A DNA stretch of 64,000 nt, taken from Bacteroidales bacterium. Its GTDB lineage: Bacteria; Bacteroidota; Bacteroidia; Bacteroidales; F082. Both the position numbers and the translations under genes were made by a program. The notes below the pieces were generated by a model. It made no database searches. It was not told where the DNA came from and saw only the letters and a list, made by a program, of their open reading frames with translations. The stretch spans positions 3,042,198-3,106,197 of the forward strand of contig OZ223471.1 of the NCBI GenBank assembly GCA_965140775.1, given 5' to 3'. Positions 26,752 through 35,929 of this stretch are shown here, one piece after another. The first letter of the stretch is position 1. Every line of letters begins with the position of its first letter.

Positions 26752-28182
26752 TTAGTGTTTACGCAGATCCAGACACACCATTTGTTTTGAATCGCGCATG
26801 AGCAGCCTACCGTCGGCAATGGCAATGGGTCCCCAGGCATCCTGCCCCTGGATGATTCGTTTTTTGTCCAGCACCTCAAATCCGGAAACAGAGGCACGGG
26901 CAATGGTCATGGTTCCATCATCACTCAAGATGAAAAACTTGCCATCGGCCATGATGTAAGGTCCCAGTCCGAAGCGTTCCTTTTTACCACTCGTCCACAG
27001 GATATCCTGAACATCATCGGGCGCACAGCAAGCCAGTTGGTTTCGGTTCATACCGGCATCCTTGGGCAAGATAATAAACAGACGGTTGTTCCAAAAAATG
27101 GCCGTTTGTTGCTCAGAAGCAATGCCTTCCTTGGGTTTAAATTGTTGAAGCATGTTGGCAGAAAACCTACCTACCCTTTCAGTTACCTGAAAAAGCACTG
27201 ACCCCGCGCCATAACCTGCCGTCATGAAAATTTTACCTTCCGGTAAAAGAAGCGGTGAAGGAGCCACGACGTTGGGAGCGAAATCGGTAAATTTCCACAA
27301 TATGGAACCCATGTCTTTACCCGTGGCCGAAACGCCACAAATTCCACCCACAGCGGCATACACGTACATTTTCTTTCCGTTGAAGGTCATGGGCATGATG
27401 GATGAATGTGACATTTGCCAATGGTCCGGGTTGGGGGTCTCCCAAACAACCTTCCCTGTGGCGCAATCCACCGCCACCAAAAGCGCACTGCCTCCGGGAG
27501 CAAGAATGGCCAGGCCGGAGTCAATGAGCGGACATTGTCCGGTGTACCAAAAAGGGATTTCCGTGTGATAGGTTTTCACCATATCCAGTCCCCAAATCAG
27601 GTCGCCTGAAACAGGATTACAACACATCACATGACCCAAAGGACCGATGGTTAAAACAAAATCATCCGTTACCACCGGAACCGTGCGCGACATGCCATGG
27701 TTTCGCTTTACATGAACAGAGTAACTCCTTCGCCACAATTCCTCCCCCGTTTCCAGCGAGAAACATCGGAGGGCGACTGCTTTTTCATCCTCCAAATAAT
27801 CAAGGAGATACACTTTTCCGTTGTATATGGCAGGAGCCGCATGTCCTTCACCCAAATCCACTTTCCATTTGATTTCGACATTGCCTTCAGGAAATCGATC
27901 AATCAATGGGATGTTTTCTTTGTTGATGTTGTCGAAATCGCTTCCGCGAAAGCGTGACCACTTGCCTTTTAATGACGAATCCTCGCTTAAAAAGTGTTGA
28001 AATTTCTCACCAATAACCACCACCTGAGTGCTTTCGGCAAGGCTATCGGGCCGATCGTCCATACCCGGAATGCTCTTGCTAAAATCGCCAACAGGATCGT
28101 ACACCACCCAAAAGATAACCAATACCAAGCCTACAAAGCTGATGATAAGCAAGAGGTATTTTTCTTTGGAGAAAGAGAGCAT
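26752..28182 (-). CDS. PQQ-like beta-propeller with N-terminal membrane anchor
   Basis: The anchor YLLLIISFVGLVLVIFWVV is followed by the WSRFRG entry motif and propeller blades. Vicinal Cys pairs occur in VMCCNPVSG and LACCAPDD. ATG 28182 is preferred; TTG 28206 is possible. Confidence 0.75.
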   Translation of the reverse strand: MLSFSKEKYLLLIISFVGLVLVIFWVVYDPVGDFSKSIPGMDDRPDSLAESTQVVVIGEKFQHFLSEDSSLKGKWSRFRGSDFDNINKENIPLIDRFPEGNVEIKWKVDLGEGHAAPAIYNGKVYLLDYLEDEKAVALRCFSLETGEELWRRSYSVHVKRNHGMSRTVPVVTDDFVLTIGPLGHVMCCNPVSGDLIWGLDMVKTYHTEIPFWYTGQCPLIDSGLAILAPGGSALLVAVDCATGKVVWETPNPDHWQMSHSSIMPMTFNGKKMYVYAAVGGICGVSATGKDMGSILWKFTDFAPNVVAPSPLLLPEGKIFMTAGYGAGSVLFQVTERVGRFSANMLQQFKPKEGIASEQQTAIFWNNRLFIILPKDAGMNRNQLACCAPDDVQDILWTSGKKERFGLGPYIMADGKFFILSDDGTMTIARASVSGFEVLDKKRIIQGQDAWGPIAIADGRLLMRDSKQMVCLDLRKH

Positions 28183-28224
28183 TTCCGGAGCAGTTATTAT
28201 TTCCAAGCGACTTGTTAAGCCGAT

Positions 28225-29448
28225 CTATTTTTGTGCGATATCATACACCATGAGGGAAGTTCCGTGACGGACATACAATTTTTTATCATGAATTACCAGG
28301 TGTGCCCAATGGTACTGTTCGCCGTAAGGCACTTCAAAGGAGCTGATCAGGTTAAAATCATTTGTTTTGGGATCAACGATTCCCACTTTACCACCTGTGC
28401 CATAACAATATAAGAGTCCATCGGCATAGATAATAATACCTACTTTCAGCATCTTAGAGGAATACAACTCCTCCCCTGTTTCCCAATCCAGACAAAACCA
28501 ACTCTTGTTTTTATCACCTGAACCGTAAATGCGTCCATCTACCAAAACCACACCGCCCATCTTGCTGTCGAGAGACGAATTTCGCCACAGTTCAGTGATG
28601 GAGTTGCCATCTTCGGAAACCTGAAGCATAACACCTCCTTTTCCATAACCACTAAAGCAGTATAATTTTCCATCTTTATAAACGGGCGAATTGGCTTGCA
28701 CCGACCAGGTATTGGGATGCTCGAGACTCCACAACAATTTTCCCGTTGAGGCTTCAAATCCCAAAATGGAATTGGCTGTTTGGGTCACAATAATTTTACG
28801 ACCACCTACCTCGATCGCAATGGGAGAGCAATAGGCGCTCAATTCTTCCAAACCCTTGGATTTCCAAATCAACTCGCCGGAATCTTTGTTTAGCGCAATC
28901 ACGTTGGCCTCTAATCCGCCGGGAGTGACGTATAATTTTCCATCATCGATGAGGAGGTTTTCGGTTACACCCCATTTAATATTTCGTCCATCATAATCGT
29001 TGAAAAGATCAACTGTCCATTCGATTTTTCCGGATTTTGCAGACATGCAAACAAGCTTTCCAAATGAGCTCATGATGTAAAGTTTACCATCGTAAACCAA
29101 TGGGGTAGAACGTGTTCCTTCAAAACTCTCCATCCACTCCGGTCCAAAATCTGTTTTCCATTTCAAGTGGCCTTGATGATCGAGTGCCACCACAAATCCA
29201 ATACCCTCGGGGCTTGTTCCGGCAGTGTAAACCATTTCATTGGTTACGGCTGCAGAAGCATGACCCGGACCTAAATCATCATAATGCCATAAGAGCATGG
29301 GACCCTCTACAGGCCATTCCTTTAAAAGACCTGTTTCATGATAGATTCCGTCACGGTTGTCGCCACGCCATTGAGCAATTTCCTGGGATTCGACATGGGT
29401 TTGCAGTAAGAAGATCAACCCGACAAATAACAGTGTTATTTTACGCAT
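28225..29448 (-). CDS. PQQ-like beta-propeller repeat protein, secreted (first gene of the operon)
   Basis: 407 aa with a signal peptide, the AQWRGDNRDG entry motif, and repeated G.LY/G..LW blades. Confidence 0.8.
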   Translation of the reverse strand: MRKITLLFVGLIFLLQTHVESQEIAQWRGDNRDGIYHETGLLKEWPVEGPMLLWHYDDLGPGHASAAVTNEMVYTAGTSPEGIGFVVALDHQGHLKWKTDFGPEWMESFEGTRSTPLVYDGKLYIMSSFGKLVCMSAKSGKIEWTVDLFNDYDGRNIKWGVTENLLIDDGKLYVTPGGLEANVIALNKDSGELIWKSKGLEELSAYCSPIAIEVGGRKIIVTQTANSILGFEASTGKLLWSLEHPNTWSVQANSPVYKDGKLYCFSGYGKGGVMLQVSEDGNSITELWRNSSLDSKMGGVVLVDGRIYGSGDKNKSWFCLDWETGEELYSSKMLKVGIIIYADGLLYCYGTGGKVGIVDPKTNDFNLISSFEVPYGEQYHWAHLVIHDKKLYVRHGTSLMVYDIAQK

Positions 29449-29511
29449 AAAGTTTCATTAATTATGATTATTATTGCTATCAAACAAATTCATTCCCATT
29501 AAAATAGGCTT

Positions 29512-29519
29512 CAAATTTA
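29512..29519 (-). promoter_or_regulatory. candidate Bacteroidota -7 box (TAaaTTTG) upstream of the propeller/redox operon
   Basis: The minus strand reads TAAATTTG 64-71 nt upstream of ATG 29448. No clear -33 TTTG was found at the expected spacing. Confidence 0.25.
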
Positions 29520-29567
29520 CGTTATATTTAGGAACTCCACAATATGACATATCAACGGTATCCAACA

Positions 29568-29598
29568 CAAAAAAAGCCGCTTTCCAGCGGCTTTTTCC
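29568..29598 (-). terminator. rho-independent terminator after PorP/SprF (bidirectional A-run/T-run hairpin)
   Basis: The sequence is AAAAAGCCGC-tttcca-GCGGCTTTTT. On the minus strand the GC stem is followed by T7. It lies 12 nt after the stop at 29610. Confidence 0.7.
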
Positions 29599-29609
29599 AT
29601 TTCTATCTC

Positions 29610-30734
29610 CTAAAACGGCGAACACTCTATCGGACTATAACTCCGTGGCCGTGGCGACATGAAGGAGTTCTTGTCTTTGTTCACCAGGCCGATGTCGTCC
29701 AGTTCGAAGATCAGGCTGATTTCGTGGCTGGGGCCGGTGAAGCTCTGGCGGGCGTTGATGTTCACCTCGTAGCTGTACATGAGTTTCATGCGGTATTGCT
29801 CCGTGAAGGGGATGTTCAATCCCAGCATCACGTCGAAACTGCTGAACTCGTCGTATTCCAGGGTCTGGTTTTTGTACCACAAACCCAAATACACATGTTG
29901 CATGTACACGTTGGTGCCCAAAGTGTACAAAAACATGTTGCGCTGGTGTTCTACCATCACGCCCGGATTGAGCTTAAAGCCTTGCTTTTTCTGGTAGTAG
30001 CCCTGCTCCTGACCCATGGTGATGACAAAGTCCAGGTTGTACACGAACTTTCGGGGGAGGGCAGCGTCCACGTCAAAAAAGCTTTGGTTGGGCTCGGTGA
30101 TGTGGTGCACGGCCACGCCCAGCTTGCCATCCACGTCCCTGCCTTGCCATTGGAAGATACCTCCAAAGCTAAAGTCGGGGAAGCTCACCTTGTCGCGGGC
30201 GGCGCCGGCAAAGGTGCTCGGCCCGATGTTGCCCCACCTGGGATCCAGCTGGTCTTCAAAAACCAGGTTGTCCCAGTTCAGACTCTGGGTGACCACCGAG
30301 GCCAGTGCTCCCAGTTGGAAGATCATGTTGTGGGCCACGGGAATGCGTACCGAGGGCAAGAAGCCAAAGGTGTTGGTCTTTAACATGCCCACCCCTTCCA
30401 GGGTTTGGGAGGCGATCACGCCAATTCCTCCGGCACCGGGCAGACTGCGCTCGGCCACGTCGGCACTAAAGCTGTAGGTGTGGTAGTTGCCCTGAAGGCC
30501 GGTCCACTGTTTTTTGTAGTTCAACCTTACCTTTAACCCCTGGGTCAAACCCACGTTGGCAGGATTGTAATAGGTGGGGTTGTTGTAATACTGGGCAAAG
30601 TCCACGTCCTGGGCATGGAGCCTTTGGGGAAGAAACAGGATGCTCAGAAAAAGTAGGCTGAGGCTCAGGCTCAGGCTTAGGTTGAGGCTCAGATTCATTC
30701 CGAATGTCGATTTGATGGTGTTTTCTTTTTTCAT
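29610..30734 (-). CDS. PorP/SprF-family type IX secretion system membrane protein
   Basis: The sequence QDVDFAQYYNNPTYYNPANVGL...KKQW.GL.G...T matches the PorP/SprF N-terminal signature. The gene sits 12 nt downstream of a type-B CTD cargo gene. Confidence 0.85.
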   Translation of the reverse strand: MKKENTIKSTFGMNLSLNLSLSLSLSLLFLSILFLPQRLHAQDVDFAQYYNNPTYYNPANVGLTQGLKVRLNYKKQWTGLQGNYHTYSFSADVAERSLPGAGGIGVIASQTLEGVGMLKTNTFGFLPSVRIPVAHNMIFQLGALASVVTQSLNWDNLVFEDQLDPRWGNIGPSTFAGAARDKVSFPDFSFGGIFQWQGRDVDGKLGVAVHHITEPNQSFFDVDAALPRKFVYNLDFVITMGQEQGYYQKKQGFKLNPGVMVEHQRNMFLYTLGTNVYMQHVYLGLWYKNQTLEYDEFSSFDVMLGLNIPFTEQYRMKLMYSYEVNINARQSFTGPSHEISLIFELDDIGLVNKDKNSFMSPRPRSYSPIECSPF

Positions 30735-30746
30735 GTTGGGATCGAT

Positions 30747-33700
30747 TTATCGGATCAAAGTTACAGTTCCGTGGGTTTCTAAATTGCCGTCGCCATTGTC
30801 GCTGCCACGCCAGTAGCTGTCATCGCTAAAGCGTGCCGTGATGCGCCAGATGTAAGTGCCTGTGGGCAAAGGCTGACCTTCGTAGGTGCCATCCCAACCT
30901 TCGGCTACCTGTCCGTTCTCCAGCAGGGTACTGCTAAAGACCAGGTTGCCCCACGAGCTGAACACTTCCAGCTTGTACTCGCTTAAGTTAATGCCTACGG
31001 GCTTGAAGGTGTTAAAGGTGGGATCCGCCACCGAGGGACTAAAGGCATTGGGTACATACAATCCCGTGAACAGCAGCTCATAGGGATAGATGAGCGTGTC
31101 GGGACAGCCATAGGTGTTGGTGGCTACAAGCGTCAGGTTGTAGATGGGGTCGGAGTCGTATTCATACTGGTGAATGGGGTTTTCTTCCGTTGAGGTGTAG
31201 GTGTCGTCAAAATCCCAGAAGTAGTCGATGGTATCGCACAGGGAGAGGTTGTCCAGCTTCACCTGTCCCTGTCTGCCTTCCCAGTCTTCGGTCAGGGTGA
31301 AAAGGGCCGTGGGTACGGGATATATCTCGATTTCATGGCTGATTTGGCTCCTGCAGAAGTTGGCATCGGTGATTTGCATGGTTACCGTGTAGCTATCGAT
31401 GGAATCGTAGATGTGGTAGGGGTTCTGAAGGTCACTCACGCTGTCCATGGTGTATGGATCGCCAAAATGCCAGAAGTAGTTAGTGATCTGTGCACTGTCG
31501 GCTGTGCTTTCATCGGTGAAGTAGGTGTAGTATCCCTGACAGGTTTCTGCCCAGCTAAACTCGGCCGTGGGTGGCTTGAAGATGGTCACCTCCGTGGTAG
31601 TGGTGTCTGTACATCCCCACTGGTTGGCTACAATGAGTTCGGTGAGGTAGTTGTCGTATGCCGGATACAGGTAGGTGGGGTTGGCGATAATGGCCGTGTC
31701 GGCATCGGTTGAGGTGTCGCCAAAGTCCCAACGCCAGGCGGTAATGGGCTCTGAATAGGTCTCACTGCCATCCATGAAGTAGGTGATGTCGCCCAGACAG
31801 TTGTTCTGAACGACGATCGCTGCCATGGGGGTGGGACGTATGAGCACTTCCTTGGTGATGGTGTTGGTGTAGGTTTGGGTGCCAATCTCTCCGGTAACCG
31901 TCAGGGTGACCTGATAGGTACCGCCCTGGTTGTCCTGATAACTATGGCAGGCATGGCTTTGGAAGCTGGTGTAGCTATCGGTATTTCCATCGCCAAAGTC
32001 CCAATCCCACTGGGTGATATTTCCGTTTTGGGTCAAAAATACGGAGCTGTCGGCAAAGCATACTTCTGTTAGTGCACACAAGTTAATGGTGTCGGGTACG
32101 TAGAAGTTGGCTATCAAACAAGCCCTGGTATAGACCGTCTGGGTGATGGAGTCGGTGCAGCCGGTAAAGTTGGTGACAATGAGCTTGACCTGGTAGCTGC
32201 TGTCGTTGGGTGAATACAGGTGGGTGGGGTTCTGAGCGGTGGAGGTGTTGGGCTCGCTGCTGAGTGGATCGCCAAAGTCCCACAACCAGCTTTGAATAAA
32301 GTTGCCTCCGTGTAGTGATTCGTCCGTGAACTGCATGGGGGTATCACAGGCTCCTGCCTCGTAGCTAAAGCGTGGGGTGGGCAGGGAGTCTATGGTGATT
32401 TCCAGACTGGCGTAGGCCGAGCAGCCATTGGTGTCCACGGCCATGAGCTCTACATTGTAAAGCCCGGGATTGGCAAAGGTGTGTTGGATGCTGTCGTGGT
32501 AAGTGGTAATCTGTGGGGTGCCATCGTGGAAGTTCCAGCTGTAGCTGGCCACGCTGTCGTTCTCGGGCAGGTAGTGGGCATAGAAGGTCGTGGGCTGTGT
32601 CAAACAAACCTGATCGGCGGTGATTTCTACTTCCAATTGTCCAAACACGCAGACTTCTACCGTGTCGGTGGAGTAACACGCGTTGTCATCGGTCACTGTC
32701 AGGGTTACCTGGTAACAGGTGTCGGTGATATCGTAGATGTACTCGGGATCGATTTCTGTGCTGTAGTAGCCTTCGTTAAGGTTCCATTCCCAGGTTTGTA
32801 TCGGGCTGCCATCGGCTCCGGGCTCGCTGCCATCAAAGAAGTAAACCTGTCCGGCAGGATCACATACCTGGACAAAGCTTTCGATCTTGGCGATGGGGCG
32901 GGTTCTTACCTTCACCCATTGGCGGATGGTGTCGGCACAGCCGTAGTTGTCCGTGGCAATAAGGGTTACCTGAAAGTCATCGTTGGTGGCGTACAGGTGG
33001 GTGGGGTTTTGGATGTTGGCGGTGCTGCCATCGCCCAAATCCCATTCCCAGCCGGCAATGTAGCCCAGCTGACTGTAGCTTTCATCGGTGAAGTAGGTGG
33101 TGTCGCCCAAACAGGCATTCTGGTAGCTAAAGTTGGCCAGGGGTGGGTCTTTGACCACGATCTGCTCACTGGTGGAAGCCTCGCAGCCTGCCAGGTCGGT
33201 GATGGTCAGGGTCACGGTGTAAGTGCCGGGGGCGTTGTACAGGTAGTCGGCATTTTGGGTCAGGGCATAGCCGCCATCGCCAAAGTCCCAGTACCAGGTG
33301 CTGATCTGTGCGGTGGAGGTGCCTGCAAAGCTTACCGGGGTGTTGGCACACAGGGTGTCGCTGCTCATGGTAAAGCTTACATCGGGGGCGGGGTTCACGC
33401 TCAGATCGTGGGTGATGGTGTCGTCGCAGCCCTGGGTGTTGGTCACAATCAGGGTGACGGTGTAATCGCCCGGGCTACTGAACACGTGGGTGGGGTTTTG
33501 GTAGGTGCTGGTGTTGGTGTTGCCCGAGAGGGGGTCGCCAAAGTCCCAGTACCAACTGCCAATGTCGGGGGTGTTGTTGGTCAGATCATAAAACTGGGTG
33601 GGCTGGCCAAAGCAGGCGTCTTCCCAGTTGAACTCTGCCACGGGACTGGCTACGGAAATAACGGTTCTGGTTACTGTATTCTGACAGCTGTCGGAGTCGG

Positions 33701-35929
33701 TAACAGTCAGGGTGACATCGTAGCTTTGGTCGTTGGCATAAACATGACTGGTGTTGCCGCCATTGGGTGCCAGGATGGTTTCGGTATTGCCATCGTCAAA
33801 GTCCCATTCCCATTTTACAATGGCGCCATTGGGGCTGTTGCTCAGGTTTAAGAAGAAGATGGTATCGCCGACGCAGGTGGGCTGACTGTATTCAAAGCCG
33901 GCCTGTGGCAGGGGGTTCACCGTTACCGTTTGGGTTTGGGTGGCCGTGCAGCCATCGGTGGTTTGTACGGTTAAGCTTACCTGGAAGTCGCCGGGGCTGT
34001 CGTAGGTGTTTTCGGGATCGGGCTGCTGGCTGGTGTGGCCATCGCCAAAGTCCCAAAAGTATTGATCCAGTCCTGTCAGATCGGTGATGGTAAAGCTTAC
34101 CGGTTCATGCATACAGGCGGGGGTGAAAGTAAAGTCCACTTCGGGGGCATCGGTGATGGTGATTTCTATGGTGTCGGCATCCGTGCAGTTGCTTTGGCTT
34201 TGAATGCTTAAGGTGACTTCATAGGTGCCCGGACCGCTGAACAAGTGGGTGGGATCGCTCTGGCTGCTCTGGTTGGAGGATCCACTGGCGGGGTCGCCAA
34301 AGTTCCACTGCCATGCAATGATGCTGCCGGCGCCGTTTTCACTGCTCACATCATGGAAGCTGATGGGTCCGCTCATGCAGCCCGCATCGTAGTCGATCTG
34401 GGCAATGGGTGATGGGGTGATGGTGACGTCCTGGCTATTGGTTGCCTGACAGCCATCGCTGGTGGTGACCGTTAACATGGCGGTGTAGGTGCCTGTACCT
34501 GGGTAAATGTGGCTTACATCGGGATCGTCGGGGAAGTTGATGGTTGCTGTATTGCCATCGCCAAAGTCCCACTCCCAGGTGGTGAGATAGCCGCTCAGGG
34601 GAATGCTGTAGTCTTCAAAGAAGGTTTCTGAGTTCTCGCAGTTGGGACTGCTGATGGAAAACATGCTGATGGGCTCGGGCATCACTTCTACCTGGTGGGT
34701 AACACTGTTGGTATATCCCAGGGTGTCGATAATGGTGAGGGTGACATTGTACATGTTCGCGTTGACATAGGTGTGCAGGGGATCTTGGTTGTTGCTGCCT
34801 GTTCCATCGCCAAAGTCCCAATCGTAGATGGCCACGGCGCCCACGTCGGTAACGCTGGCATCGGTGGTGAACTGGATGGGGGTGTTTTCGCAGGCGTTGT
34901 TCCAGCTAAAATCCACCGGGGGTAGTCCGCCTACATGGACTTGGATCACGGTTTCAAAGGTGCAGCCGTTCACATCGGTGACGGTCAGGCTCACGTCGTA
35001 GTCGCCGGGGTTGGTGTAGGTGTGGGTTGCATTTTGTCCCGTGGCTGTGCCGCCATCGGCAAAGTCCCAGGCCCAGTTGGTGATGGTGCTGCCGCTGGTG
35101 GCAAAAAAGCCGATGTTGTCGCCTGCCTGGGCGGGGTTGGGTGCCCAGGTGAAGGTGGCATTGGGGGTGTTGGGGGCTTGCACGGTCTTGGTGATGCTGT
35201 CGCTGCATTGGTATGTCAGGCTATCGCTGGTGAACACCAGTTTGACATCGTAGAAGCCTCCCGTGGCATAGGTGTGTACGGGATTGGGGACATCGGAGGT
35301 GCTGCCATCACCAAAGTCCCAGAGTCTGCTATAGGGCTGATAGCCCGGGGGCAGGGTGCTGTTGTCGGTAAAGGCAAACAGGTTGCAGCCGCTCATGGTA
35401 TAACTAAAGTCGGCCGTGGGGGTGGGTACCACGATAATCTCTCCTGTGGCAGTTGCGGAGCAGCCTGCCGAGTCGGTGGCGGTTAAAGTGACCGTGTAGG
35501 TGCCGCCATTGGTGTAGCTGTGCACGGGGTTTTGGTCTTCGCTGATGCCGCCATCACCAAAGTCCCACCACCAGAATTCAATGCCAGTATCGGCACTTCC
35601 CTGGAAACTGGTCATACTTTGGGCGCAGGTGGGTGAATCAAAGATTTGCATGCTCACCTGTGGGATGGGGTTGATGGTGACTTGTTGGCTCAGACTGTTC
35701 TGGCACAGGTTGGTGTCGGTGATGTAGAGGATCACATCATAAGTTCCGGGGTTGTCGAACACGTGTCCGGCATATTGTCCGGTGGTGTCGTGGCCATCGT
35801 CGAAGTTCCAGTACCAATCGGTGATGGGGGTGCCCGAAGCGCCGTAGAAGAAGGTGGTGTCCATCAAACAGGTGGGCTCGGGATCCCAGGTGTAGTAGAT
35901 GGTGGGGGTGTTGGGGACGATTACGGGCA
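30747..35929. repeat. 5,183-bp direct repeat, copy 1 (3' portion of giant gene 1)
   Basis: It matches 41604-46786 at a constant offset of 10,857 bp. The same offset holds for track ORF pairs 30886/41743, 32481/43338, 33767/44624 and 35545/46402. Similarity stops abruptly after ...GACGATTACGGGCA. Confidence 0.9.

Noticed and set aside
32481-33851. Long plus-strand ORFs inside the giant genes. Examples are 32481-33851 and 43338-44708 (456 aa each), 34935-35486, 45798-46343 and 47604-48185.
   Set aside because: - They are antisense shadows of the PKD-repeat coding strand, with G/V/A-rich low-complexity translations.
- They are duplicated only because the underlying DNA is duplicated.
- The minus-strand frames give coherent domain repeats over more than 10 kb, so the plus-strand ORFs are not credible genes.
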